64,000 bases of DNA from Dimorphilus gyrociliatus (GCA_904063045.1 CAJFCJ010000019.1:1311650-1375649), one strand, 5' to 3'. Numbered from the stretch's first letter, positions 1 through 12,320 are shown. Made by a program: numbers and translations. The notes: generated by a model not told the origin, from the sequence alone.

Positions 1-1315
1 CCCATTAAATTTGTTCGCTCCGCATATAGCCTCAGTTTTCTCCGTAAGCAATTTATTTCAGATTTAAAAATTTATAGAAACTATACAAGATCATATAGAG
101 ATCAACAAAAATCGACCTTCTCTTTTTGGACAAATTCAAAAACTCGTTACAACCTTCAAACTTCAGGGGTCATCGTTAGTGGTGTCTGCTCTGGTTTAGC
201 AATAGGCTATGGCATATTTTCAATAGGAAATTATAGAAAAAGCTTGCAAGCTAATGCAACTGAAGACAAAATTGAGCATCTAGATCATCCAATAACCTAT
301 TCTGTAAAAAGCGATACAGACAATACAGGATTAAAATTGACATTATATCAATATGCAACTTGTCCTTTCTGTTGTAAAGTAAGGGCATATTTAGACTTCC
401 ATGGGTTTTCATACGATGTAGTAGAGGTGAACTCTGTAACAAGAAAAGAGTTAAAATGGGCAAAAAAATATAGGAAAGTACCAATGTTGATTGTTGAACA
501 GCCTTCAACGAATGGATATGTGGTAAGAATACCTATTATTGTTTCCTATATTACATAAATAATGATGTTTGCTGTGCTTTCAGCAATTAAAAGATTCCTC
601 TGTAATTATGAGTACCTTGGAAACTTTTTTACTAGACAGAAGGCAAAAAATGGAAAATCTTGTAAATTATTATCCCTGTATTGAAAATAAGGAAGGGCGA
701 AAACTCAAATTTGATTTTCCAAATAAATATTTTGTTATGTACGGAGACGATTATAAAGCGCCCGGTACGGAAGAAACTCGTAAAGTAGAAAGACATTGGC
801 GTAAATGGGCTGATGAGACACTTGTCCATACACTTTCTCCTAATGTTTATCGGACCCCCTCGGAAGCTTTACAGGCTTTCACTTGGTTTTCAGAAACCGG
901 AAATTGGAAGCAAGTATTCTCAAATGTCGAGAGAATATTTGTAATATATGTAGGAGCTGTTGCAATGTATTTTGTTGGCAAAATGCTAAAAAAACGCCAC
1001 GAATTACCTGATGATGTACGGCAAGCGCTATATTCTGCAGTTGCTGATTGGACGAAAGAAATTGGCAAAAAGCCTTTTCATGGAGGTAATCGACCGGACT
1101 TAGCAGATTTGGTGGGTGTTATCTAACAAATTTATTGCGTGTAATTAATTTAAATAATCTTCTCTGAACAGTCAACGTTCGGTTACCTGAGTGCTATTGA
1201 AGGCTGCTGGGCTTTTGGGGATCTTCTAAAAGAAACGCAAGTGAAAAACTGGTACAATAGAATGAAGGCAAGCGTACATAAGCACGAAGGTTCATCAAAA
1301 ATGGCATCAGCTTGA
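1..1315 (+). CDS. PTGES2: Prostaglandin E synthase 2 (glutaredoxin + GST-C domains), 5' end outside window; exons <1-522, 584-1111, 1172-1315
   Basis: Frame 1 is open from base 1. It contains the YQYATCPFCCKVRA CxxC motif, WRKWADETLVHTLSPNVYRT and GGNRPDLADL. GT-AG introns at 523-583 and 1112-1171 join the frames; TGA at 1313-1315. Confidence 0.92.
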
Positions 1316-1518
1316 CAACAATTGCTACATTTTGTTTTGTGTTGTTTTCCTTTTGTTACTAAATTAGCGTGAAATAAACGGATATGCCAAAAAACCCGTA
1401 TTCTCTAATCGTTTTATAGATAAGATAGGGGATCTTATTACTGTTTTGTAACAATAATATCCATGGAAAAAGCTTAACTTAGTATCTTTGACACTTCACC
1501 GGCACTTTAGCATAAGTA

Positions 1519-2842
1519 ATGGACCGACGCGCATTACTTGGTATCGTTGTCCTAGTGATTTTTACTTCGAAAGTGACGTGTTATACTGATGAAAACTTGA
1601 CTATTAAAAGTTCCAAGGACGATCAACAAAAGCCCACAAAGGAAGATAAACCAGAATTGTGCCCTGAGTATGTTTTCACTTTTTCCTCAATAGAGTAAAT
1701 ACTTCTATTGAATAATATTTGAATTGATTTCTTTCAGATCGTGCTCGATAGCTTTGAACGGAATGCTTAGCCGTTTAAAGCAAGCTGAAGATGAAATAAA
1801 CATTTTGAAAGATCAATACTCGCCGTCTGGAAATATACCGGACGCTGAATATGCAACAACAGAGAGTATTGATAAAAAATGGAAAGAATTTGCTAACCAA
1901 TTAGCACTATATCAAGTTCATAACGAAGAAGAGAGAACCAAGTTACTTATGAATACTAAGTTAAAAATTAAAGAGTATTATAAGGAATTTGCTAATTCAA
2001 TGATTTCGACTTGGAAATTAGCAAAAGAAAAGAGATCAATCCTTCGTAGAAACTTAAAAAAATTTATGTATCTTATGAAACATGAGATAAATATTCGATT
2101 AGATAATTTCCAATTCATTTTGTCTACATCTTTGCCTCGGGACTGTTCCGAAGTTCAAAGAAATAGTAATGGGAAACCGGTTGCTATTTGCCCTTCTGGC
2201 TCCACAGAACCTTTCATCACCAAATGCGTAAAAGACGGAGAGGGAAATTTATGGACTGTAATTCAAAAGCGTACAGACTCCAAGGTGAACTTTAATCGAA
2301 CATGGATTGAATACAAATACGGCTTCCGGTCAACAGTCGATTTATGGATGGGTTTAATGGGAGTTCAACGTTTAACTGAAAATCAACGCCATATATTAAG
2401 TATCCATATGAAAACCGATGGAGGACGAATTCTATGGGCAGAATATGACAATTTTACCCTGACTGGTTCGGAATATAGACTAGGATTGGGAAATTATAAA
2501 GGAAACGCAACAAATGCTCTTAGTTTCAACGAGGGATCGAAATTTGGCACATTTGATAGAATATTGACAAGGGTTAATTATCCATTAATTTACTACAGAG
2601 GTTGGTGGCTGAGAAGCAGCTACCCAGGAACATATTCTGATCTTAATGGACAAATGATTTGGTTCGACATAAACTTGAATGAGCATTTAAAAATAGTAGA
2701 AAGTCAAATGGCAATTAGACCATGGAATAATGATTTAGATGGAAAGGGTGCAACTGGGGAGAGTGGTGATAGCTCCGGGGCTTCTGGTGGCAGCAGTGGA
2801 GCATCTGGTGACAGCAGTGGAGCATCTGGTGACTTAGATTAA
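1519..2842 (+). CDS. Secreted fibrinogen-related domain (FReD) protein: signal peptide, coiled coil, degenerate fibrinogen C-terminal domain, Gly/Ser tail; exons 1519-1667, 1738-2842
   Basis: ATG at 1519 gives the signal-like MDRRALLGIVVLVIFTSKVTC. A phase-2 intron (1668-1737) joins it to ORF 1724-2842. FReD motifs present: DCSEV, WTVIQKR, NFNRTWIEYKYGF, LWMGL, GWW, SDLNG. Confidence 0.85.
2765..2833 (+). repeat. About 3.3 copies of a 21-bp coding repeat encoding G(D/G)SSGAS
   Basis: GGTGATAGCTCCGGGGCTTCT / GGTGGCAGCAGTGGAGCATCT / GGTGACAGCAGTGGAGCATCT / GGTGAC immediately before the stop codon. Confidence 0.9.
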
Positions 2843-3054
2843 CTAAATTGATATTAAACTTAAATAATTTTTTCAGTACATGTATTTTTTTTATTCAGCA
2901 ACGCCAAAATATGTTTCAAATTTGATTACACAAAGATTCCGTTACATATTATCAATTTAAGCCGCAGCCCTTAAACCAGAGGACCATAATCCAGGCGGCA
3001 ACAATTTCTCGACTAGCTACGAAGCGAAGAAGACAATGAATGTCAGTTCCTTCT

Positions 3055-4824
3055 TCAATCCAGAACTTTCTCTACCAGATCCACAGACAACATATCTAGG
3101 CGGGCATTTATGTTTTGTTCAGTTTCTCTCTCGGCAGGCGCCGAATGCGTGCGCGTCACCTGTTGTCTAGTAGTTTCAACTGTTAAAAGTTGCTGATAAG
3201 TCGTCTGAATCCGTGGTCCAGTTGGAACTGACAAGTTAGACTTCAACGGCTGCTTGCTCGAATGTTGCGCTCTTTTCGTAGAAATAGCTCCACGTTTCCC
3301 TCCGGCCGCATAATGATTAAATGAAGAAAAAGGTCTTGTAGATCTCTGTGAATTCTTGAAAGAGTTATTCCTGTTGTTCAGAGACGACACTCTGGACTTC
3401 CAGCTTTTCAATTGATTTTGTTGCTGCTCAGTGAAAGCTTTATGATCACTTAATTTGTCAACAAGTTGCTCAAAAGCAGTACAATTCTCTTCATCTAAAG
3501 TATTCATAAGCAACTGTGAACTGACTTTTCCGAGAACAGCAGTAATCTGACTAGGTAAATCCTCATCAGATGATAGAGCTTGAGCTCTATCAAAGGGTTT
3601 AATCGGTGTATTCACAATCAACTTTAACTCGGTCAGAGCATCTTTGACGCTACCTTCTTCCCTAACCTTCTTCTCCAATTCACTCAAAATCTCCGATCTC
3701 TCTTCAAGCTTCTTTATGTTTAAAAGTATCTTATCGCGAGCTCCCTTTGTCACACCTTTATCTGTCAGCCAACTTTCCGAAATATTCAGCATATCCTCAT
3801 ACTTCATTTGCTGAAAAAGGGATGCATACTTATGCAGTCTTAACTGCTTCAGCCAAGCCGGAACATCTCGCATAGCAGATTGCGGGTCTGCAAAAGAGTT
3901 TCTGGGCTCATCGCCATTTGAAGACGATGCAGAAGATTGGGGTGAGAGCTGACAGTGATTGTTGCGATCATTCCTTTCATATTGTAGACTAACGGGTACT
4001 AACGATTCGGTTCGAGCTAACCGACGATGAGATCTACCATCATAAATTCCACCCAATCCAGGCGGGCTTGATACAGTCGCGCAGACTTGATGTTTTTCGA
4101 ATCCTAGATGGTTATTCACCCCCGTAGTCGGCGGTGCAACACATTGCGTTGAGTCATTATTAGTTGCACCAACGCTGATTGAATAACTGAGTGGTCTTGC
4201 ATTCATTAATGTTGAGCCACACGTAGTATCCAATGGACAATTCAGCCCAATTCCAGAGTCTCTTAGCGAAGCCGATGGCCAACCGTTAGTATTTCCTGCA
4301 CCACCGTTAGATGCTGCCGCTGCGGCGCGCTGCGCCACTTGCTGTTGTTGCTCCAATTTTGAATACCAGGCATTAAACTCTTGAATTTCAGTCTGGGTGA
4401 GAGCAGGATGCATGACGAGATAGATGGCTAATTGACGGCATTCTTCTGTCTGACGTCCTGCGTCAGCGGCCGATTGCATGAGGCGTTTTACGAGATTAAT
4501 ATATATCTGCTTAGCCTCGTTGGAACCGGGGCGGAGAAGGGGTACGTGGGCCAGCACGGTACTTAAAGCTCCTGCTGTATCTATTTGCTGGGCAAGCCCC
4601 TGCAGATAACTGGAATCGTTTGCCTGCGCATCACTTCTCATTAAAGCATGATCATTATCAAGAGATTGTTCAACGGTTCGGCATAGAAAGCGGGCATGAC
4701 TAGGTCTCAGCCTTTTGAGTAAGTTGAGTAGTGCGATGGTCTGTTCGCAGTCGTTCCACGTATCAAACTGGGCCGTAACATCGTGTACTTGATCTTTGAA
4801 CGAACAGGACGCCGATCTCATCAT
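3055..4824 (-). CDS. SAMD4: Smaug / SAMD4 RNA-binding translational repressor (SSR1 region, SAM, PHAT); intronless CDS
   Basis: N-terminal FKDQVHDVTAQFDTWNDCEQTIALLNLLKRL; SAM domain DVPAWLKQLRLHKYASLF...VTKGARDKI; PHAT-like LKLIVNTPIKP. A probable 5'UTR intron runs from about 4876 to 5714. Confidence 0.93.
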   Translation of the reverse strand: MMRSASCSFKDQVHDVTAQFDTWNDCEQTIALLNLLKRLRPSHARFLCRTVEQSLDNDHALMRSDAQANDSSYLQGLAQQIDTAGALSTVLAHVPLLRPGSNEAKQIYINLVKRLMQSAADAGRQTEECRQLAIYLVMHPALTQTEIQEFNAWYSKLEQQQQVAQRAAAAASNGGAGNTNGWPSASLRDSGIGLNCPLDTTCGSTLMNARPLSYSISVGATNNDSTQCVAPPTTGVNNHLGFEKHQVCATVSSPPGLGGIYDGRSHRRLARTESLVPVSLQYERNDRNNHCQLSPQSSASSSNGDEPRNSFADPQSAMRDVPAWLKQLRLHKYASLFQQMKYEDMLNISESWLTDKGVTKGARDKILLNIKKLEERSEILSELEKKVREEGSVKDALTELKLIVNTPIKPFDRAQALSSDEDLPSQITAVLGKVSSQLLMNTLDEENCTAFEQLVDKLSDHKAFTEQQQNQLKSWKSRVSSLNNRNNSFKNSQRSTRPFSSFNHYAAGGKRGAISTKRAQHSSKQPLKSNLSVPTGPRIQTTYQQLLTVETTRQQVTRTHSAPAERETEQNINARLDMLSVDLVEKVLD

Positions 4825-5001
4825 GTGTGGATAATTGCGTTGCAGTTCGTCTAGATCAGTCCATCGTAGACAACCTTTAAATAAACATGTGTAAGCGCCC
4901 GAACATAAAAAGCAATATTAATACTTCATTCCGCTATATATATATATATGTTTGTATAATATAACAGAAAGAATAAAAATATTGAAGAGAAATACTTGAA
5001 G

Positions 5002-5003
<2 letters not shown>

Positions 5004-5058
<55 letters not shown>
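5004..5058. repeat. (TA)n microsatellite in the putative Smaug 5'UTR intron
   Basis: Perfect TA run visible in the sequence. Confidence 0.95.
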
Positions 5059-5063
<5 letters not shown>

Positions 5064-5759
5064 GACAAAAACGTATGTATTGGCTTGATTGACATAAACA
5101 TTTATATGTATAAGTGTGTTTTAATATATATTTTATATATATATTTTACATAAATATTGATTATTACAATTAACCGCCTTATTAGAAGCTGTCACATATT
5201 GCTCTGGTGCGAAAATTTTATATTTTCCCGAATCGGCCTATTTTCAGGTCATTTTTCAGTCATGACTCCCAGTCACGCTGCTTTAGATCGTGAACATTTG
5301 TGTTCCTTTTCAGTTTTAACATACAGCGGAATTACACACGACGGATAGGCAGGATTGGTCGAAGAATATGTTATATAAATAGCACGTGATAGCTTATAAG
5401 CAGATTAGGTATAGCGTAATCGTTTCTTCTTTCTTTTGCTTGATATTAGAGGAAATTATATTCAGAAATACTTGATATTTAAACTCGAATATTTTCTCCA
5501 ACAAAGCAGTTACTTTACCAAGTTAGGAAAACAGATATTTAGGTCGACCAACGGATAAGCGAAACCGTTGGATGCCTTGAAAACTAATGCTAAATTTTCA
5601 CATGATCAGCCATCAGTATTTAGACTCAAAATAGGTCATTAATTAAAATACTTATAGAAAAAACAGTAATCAAACAAACGCGGCGAGAAAACGGAAAACT
5701 AAACGTTAACTTACCGATTCTTGTCGAAGATTGTTCGATCCGCATGTGAATTGTGTGTG

Positions 5760-5865
5760 CGAGACGTCATAAGGTGAGCAACCAATCACCATCGACTGAC
5801 TCATAGCTGTAAAAAAACTAGGGAATTCCTACGGATGTGACGTATGGGCAGAACTTCCGCCGGGA
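5760..5865. promoter_or_regulatory. Probable bidirectional promoter SAMD4/RABL6 with CRE-like, CCAAT and ETS motifs
   Basis: GACGTCA 5763-5769, CCAAT 5782-5786 and ACTTCCG 5853-5859 lie between divergent genes. Confidence 0.5.
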
Positions 5866-5883
5866 GTTTCTTCCCTAATCGAG

Positions 5884-7679
5884 ATGTCAACGTTCTTTAA
5901 ACGAATTTTAGGTGATGGAAACAATTCAAAAGTTAACGATGCGTCAAAGACAAACGCCCCAACACCTATGGTTGCCAGCTTACAAAGAAAATTCGCTAAA
6001 GGTGTCCAATACAACAGTAAGTCGATAAAATTGAGCAGCTGTAGGAAAATAACTTTTCAATTTCAATAATAATTCCAGTGAAAATCGTTATCAAAGGTGA
6101 CCGAAATGTAGGCAAAACTGCTCTTTTCGAAAGGTTACAGGGGAAAAAATTCCGAGAAGAATACATTCCCACAGACGAAATACAAGTCACGTGTATTCAA
6201 TGGAACTACAAGGCAACAGATGATGTTGTCAAAGTGGAAGTTTGGGATGTCGTTGATAAAGGCAAACCAAAAAAGAAGACAGACTCCTTAAAATTAAGTA
6301 ATAATTCAATAGACGAACTAGAAGAACCATGCTTGGATGCAGATTTTATTGATGTATTTAAAGGCAGTCACGGAGTTATACTTATGCTCGACGTAACAAA
6401 GTCGTGGACTTTTGGTTATGTTGAAAGAGAAATTGTAAAAATACCAGATCGTATACCCATATTAGTTTTAGCAAATCACCGAGATATGGGACATCATCGA
6501 ACTGTTAGTCAGGATTCTATTAAGACTTTCTTAGAAGATTTTGAACGATCTAGACCTGAGGGTAGCGCTCAAATTCGGTATGCTGAAGCTTCGATGAAGA
6601 ACGGCTTCGGATTAAAATACTTACATAAATTTTTCAACCTACCATTTCTACAATTGCAGAAAGAGTCGTTGTTGACACAGCTTGAAACCAATAGGCGAGA
6701 GTTTGACGCAACAGTTCATGAGTTAAATGCTTATGGCGAATCAGAGTTACAAAATTATGATCTTTTCATTGAGCAGTGTCAAGGAACTGGTAAAAAACCG
6801 AAAGAATGTGTTCCAGACACAAGCATAAAAATGGCACCTCCTGCTAAACCCATACCTGGTATGCAATTAAATATTTCGTCTTCCGCTCCATCCCCTCCTA
6901 CTTTGTCGATAACGCCAGCAACAACACCTATTCAATCCCCGCCCTCCACTTCAACAAATTTTGTTTCGAAATTATTTAAGAAGATTCAAAAGGAAGAAAT
7001 CGAAACCCCCCCCAAAGAGAGTATAAAAGAAGCTGAAGCCAGTACAAGTAGTCAAAGCCCTGAAGAAAGTGTAAAAAATATAGAAGAGTTTGTGCCTGAG
7101 GAAGGCATTGATGCTAATTTCTTGGCAGATACTAATGAAAAATCAGCCAAAATTGATTCAGGTAAAGATGAAGAGTCAGACGATGCTGATGAAAAAGCAA
7201 ACCCTTTGGTAGCTGGATTTCAAGAAGATATAGACTCCGAAGAAGATTCTGTGCCTTCTAGAGTATCAAAAGTACAAGATATTCAATTAAGTTCCGACGA
7301 AGATGACCTTAATAAGTTAAAAGTAGAAGAGGACATTAATGATAGTAGCGTTAACGTTGAGGAAGTCTCGTCCGAATCGAAAGGTATCGAATTGACTGAA
7401 GCTGACGTGGATTTTCTAGATAAACAATTTTTGTGCGAAACCCCATCGAACGAACCATCAACAACAGTAAGAACAACTCCTTCACCTCAAGAACAAAGTA
7501 AGAAGAAAAAAAAAGATAAAAAAGATAAGAAAAAGAGGAAGAGTAAGAAATCTAATAAAGATAACGGGGCCAAAGAAAGTGACGAGTCAAAAAAACAAAA
7601 AAATAAGGAATTAGATGATTATGAAAAATTTTTGGCTGATGGAGAAGGTGGAGAAAGCAACGGATACGAGTGTCTGTAA
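5884..7679 (+). CDS. RABL6: Rab-like protein 6 (RBEL1/PARF); exons 5884-6016, 6079-7679
   Basis: The splice gives [26 protein letters not shown], followed by DDVVKVEVWDVVDKG and LKYLHKFFNLPFLQLQ, with an acidic and lysine-rich C-terminus ending YECL. Confidence 0.95.
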
Positions 7680-8003
7680 CTTTCTTTCAAATAACTGAGA
7701 ATTTATGCATTCCTTTTGTTTTCTTGTTTAAAATAATATATTGGCAAAACATGAACATAATTAATATGAAATCGAATAAATATTATATTTGTCGATTCTG
7801 TTCTTTAAAGTTGTGATCTGGAACATTGTGTAAAGGTTAGTGTATTTCGTAGCAGACGCTCTAATTGCGATTTAACTGGCAAGCTGTTATATTTTTACGC
7901 TTGATAGGTTTTACGTGTGAACAAGCACGTGTAAGAATGTTAAAAGGTATATAATAATTAAAAGTCATCCTTTGACCGCAAATATTCACTCTAAAGGCTA
8001 CTA

Positions 8004-9406
8004 ATGCGTTTTATTATTATCTTTATTCTCGTTGTGAGCCACCTTCAGGGGGCGAATGCTTGGTCATCCGAAAGTATCGAACGAGCAAAACATGTTTTAG
8101 AGCGTTATCCTTTAATAGACGGACATAATGACCTTCCAATGGTTTATAGGCGTCGTGTCAATAACCGAGTCGATTTAATAAACTTGGAAGAAGATGTTAA
8201 TCCCCAATGGGGAGCCAGTCATACCGATATACCAAGGATGAGACAGGGAAAAATGGGTGCTCAATTTTGGTCAGCTTTTGTTAGCTGTACTTCTCAGTAC
8301 AAAGACGCTCTTCGCTTAACTATTGAACAAATCGACGTTGTTCATCGAATGACTGAAAAGTATCCAAATCACTTTAAGATGGTCACTTCAGCGGATGAAA
8401 TAGAGGAGGCCTTTTCAAACGGTCTTATGGGCTCATTGATTGGTGTTGAAGGTGGTCACTCTATGGACAATAGCTTAGCCGTTCTACGTCAGTTTTACTC
8501 CTTGGGAGTTCGTTACATGACTATTACGCATAGTTGTAACACACCATGGGCTGACGCATCGCCAGCCGATGATAATGGCCCTGAGCATGATGGTTTGACT
8601 GATTGGGGTCAATTAGTCGTAAAAGAAATGAATAGACTAGGCATGCTAGTCGACTTAAGTCACGTATCTACAAGGCTTATGGAAACTGCTTTCAATATTA
8701 CTAAAGCACCCGTAATATTTAGCCATTCCTGCGTGTATGCTATTTGTAACACTCATAGAAACGTTCGAGATCATATTCTTGATAAGCTGGTACTTATGAT
8801 AAATATCTTTAAAATATACATAAAAAACTTAATTACAAATGTTCTCGGGCATAATCTTTGTCTTCTATTATCAAATTTATTATGTAAGCTTATTAAGACT
8901 TGTTGAGATTTTTATTTTTAGAAAGAAAATGGTGGTATACTAATGATAACTTTTGTGAGATACTTTCTCGGTTGTGCTCCAGCGAATAGAAACCCCGATG
9001 TGAAGTTGGTTGCGGATCATATCGATTACGTAAAAAATCGTATTGGTGCCGATTACGTTGGTTTGGGAGGTGACTACGATGGAATGGCGGGGTTTGTGTT
9101 TCTCGCTTGAGCTTTTGAGGGAAAACGTTTATATCTGCGCTAGTATACTATATTATTAAATATGTCCGCAGGGCACCCGATGGTTTAGAGGACGTTTCTA
9201 AATACCCTAATTTATTTGCTGAATTAGCCGAGAGGGGGTGGACTGACACTGAACTAGAAAAGTTAGCTGGTAGGAATTTGATAAGAGTATTGAGAAAGGT
9301 TGAAGAGGTCAGAAACCAGTTAGCAGGTGAAGGAGTAAGGCCTATCGACCAAATAATTCCAGAATCAGCTTTGGCTAATCGTACCGAGTGCAGAACTTCA
9401 TTCTGA
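8004..9406 (+). CDS. DPEP1: Renal/membrane dipeptidase family (peptidase M19) zinc dipeptidase; exons 8004-8789, 8922-9091, 9172-9406
   Basis: Signal peptide; PLIDGHNDLP, IGVEGGH, DLSH, FSHS, ADHIDY, GLGGDYDG, GLEDVSKYPNL and GRNLIRV motifs; ends ECRTSF-stop. The symbol indicates the family, not proven orthology. Confidence 0.9.
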
Positions 9407-10144
9407 TAAAAATATAGTTCATATATAAATTTTTCTTTGAAAGAAAAGCGTAATAAAACAAAATTAAGCAGAACATTAAAAAAAGATCAATATAAATTTA
9501 TGTGTATGTGTTAGTTCATCGACCGCTTTCTAGAAATTAGATACTTCTGCCCCAAAAACGTCCTTCTCTCTCTTTAACACATGTGATACAGCTGTCGTTG
9601 AATTAAAAACAGAAACAATATTTTTCAAAATATTCATTGTATTTTTGCAGTACAGTATATTATTTTGTTCGGTATACAATACGTACAACAAAAGAAATAA
9701 GGGGAAAAATGATTATTAATTGAAAGATGAAATGCAAATTGAAATTAATAACTATTATTTATAAAATATGCGCTTAAAACAAAAAAAAACAAAAAAAAAT
9801 TGGCACCATTTCCAAACAGTTATTTATAGTGACATTCCAAAGTCATTCGGTATATATCAAACGGCATATTTTTATTCGGTGTCCCAGGTTTCGAACGAGG
9901 AAAATTTGGGTTGACCCACTACTTCGACGTGTTTATACTCATAGATTCTTAAATTAGGCCTGAAGCCGATTGCACATATTAAAAAGAATTCTAGTTTCAT
10001 GTTAATAGAATGTAAAGTGCGTAGAAATAGCGATAGGACGACAAAACAAATTTATTATTATTCATAAATATTTAGACTATAAAAATTGTTTATATATAAT
10101 ATACATATGAGTAATGTCATGTATCTATGTATAGTTCGACGAAG

Positions 10145-10150
<6 letters not shown>

Positions 10151-10184
<34 letters not shown>
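10151..10184. repeat. (TA)n microsatellite
   Basis: Perfect TA run visible in the sequence. Confidence 0.95.
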
Positions 10185-10189
<5 letters not shown>

Positions 10190-10756
10190 TTATATATACT
10201 ATATATGTATTAGCATAAATATCGAACAAAAATTGGCAGTCGTTCGAGTAAATGACAATTAACGAAGCTTTTTCTATACAAAAGCATAATCTGCTGTATA
10301 AAAATTTTTGTAAAATAGTTAAATATAAAGCAACATAAGTTTCATAACAGTAATTGATTTTTACTTGAATCTTATTATTCGTAATAAATATACATTGCAC
10401 ATGAAAATATATACTCCACATACTACAGATCGTTCCTTTCATTAGTTATACTTTCTGTTCAACTAAGACATTTTATTTAATATATCATTATTATTTACTA
10501 TTTTATAACTTGGTTGTTATTTATTTCTGATATATGAAAATTTTAACTGTATATCTTATTTATACAATGGATTAAAAGATAAATAAATTACGCTTAGCAA
10601 GGCCTATTTACCCTGTAATAACAACATCAGATATAAAATATAATATAATATATCATCTTCTATATTTTGTTTGTCAAAGGACAAATTTAAAAAACAGACT
10701 ATTATAATTGTAAAAAAGAGGAAGGAAGAGAGGAAAAACGGAAAAAATTCTCTTTA

Positions 10757-10761
<5 letters not shown>

Positions 10762-10788
<27 letters not shown>
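10762..10788. repeat. (CT)n microsatellite
   Basis: Perfect CT run visible in the sequence. Confidence 0.95.
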
Positions 10789-11475
10789 GTCACAACTATA
10801 ACTTAATTCGATGTTGATATTTGTTTCTGTTTTCTTCTTTAATAGTTAAATTTCATTTGGCTAGAAAAAGATTAATTATACTTCTTTCTTTATCATTATT
10901 TCATTTTGCTTCTTCTTTTATGCAAAAGTATATTTGATTCTATTTATATAATATTTATTTATTAATATAAATATAATTTATAAATATCTAAATAGGTTAT
11001 TTTTGAATATTTAGTCAAAATTGTTTCAATGGTCATACGTCTCTGTCTATTCATTAGATAATAAAGTAATATTTTCTCTTCTTTAAAATTAATATCTCTT
11101 TTTATAATATACAATATAATACTGCAAATCTTTTACTTTTTAATGTAAATACTGGCCTATACTTGTTATAAATATAAAAATGTTAGAAAACTATTATCCA
11201 TTTGAATAGATGCATGTGTATATATATATTTAAGTTAGCCATTGTGCCATCAAATTCGATGAAATAGCTGAAAGACTTCCATTCTTTCATTCTCTAGTGT
11301 AGATAGGACAAATTTATTAAATAATATTTAATAATTTATCTACTCTTTTAAACATAAAAACAAAACAAAACAAATGTAATATTTAAATATTCAATAAATC
11401 TATCTTGAATAATTTTCATCAATATTCAAATACAAATTTTAAAGTTATTATCTTGATTTATGTATTCTTTCTTTC

Positions 11476-11486
<11 letters not shown>

Positions 11487-11544
<58 letters not shown>

Positions 11545-11550
11545 TGTGTG
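11487..11550. repeat. Compound (CT)n(TA)n(GT)n microsatellite
   Basis: Adjacent CT, TA and short GT runs visible in the sequence. Confidence 0.95.
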
Positions 11551-12320
11551 TTGTATACTTATCAATCATCCTGTGTTACTTGAATAATACATTATTTGAA
11601 TAGGGGGAAAGGTAGGGAAATGAGAGAATTAAAGTATACCAGTGTTAAATGATCAGATATAAAATGGTAGTAAAAGCAAGGATGCTAATTAATAATTACT
11701 TGATAAAATTACATTGGTCTTTTTACTAACGCTGATTAAAACGAGCAAAATGCATCAATGAATATATTGTATTACATATGCTGTATACTGTATATCATGT
11801 ATATGGGTATGACTATATACCAATTATACTGGAGGGATGATACGTAAAGTACTACCCTCTATCAATATTAATACATCATTACATAATCGCTTCTCGGCTT
11901 CTTATTTTTTCGATCTAGGCTGTTGTAGCATAGTGGATCCATTTAGGTTGCACAGACTGACTTTTTATTAATGTCTAGCATACTGCTTGTGACCTCGATC
12001 CAGAAAGGCCATTGATGGCTAGAAATTATCACCTATAAAAGCTCTTTTAATCAGTAAAGAGTAATATTCTTTCCGTATAAGTTATTTAAAAATCTCCTTC
12101 GATCTTATTCCTTTGAAAGAGAAAGTTTTTAAGAGCTGATCGTTAGCTGGTAGGTAAATAAATTAATAAATTTAACGATTAATAGGAACAAAAGCTTCCT
12201 TAGCGCAAGTTCGTTTCAATATATGCGTATTCGATTGATAAAATACCTGTGAAAGGATTAAATCATTAATTTTTTTACTATGAGCACCTTTTATTTATTC
12301 TATAGATAATTGAACAAAGG

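Noticed and set aside
9880-9950. tRNA T-loop-like GTTCGAAACC on the minus strand
   Set aside because: The T-stem pairs only 3 of 5, and no acceptor stem, D-arm or anticodon arm can be built.
10125-11587. ORFs of 105 aa and 60 aa in the dipeptidase-CYP intergenic region
   Set aside because: They arise from (TA)n and (CT)n microsatellites and AT-rich low-complexity DNA.
11886-11935. ATCGCTTCTCGGC, identical to the first 13 nt of U2 snRNA
   Set aside because: Similarity breaks down immediately afterwards. The branch-point recognition sequence GTAGTA and the Sm site are not present in proper form, so this is chance or at most a badly decayed fragment.
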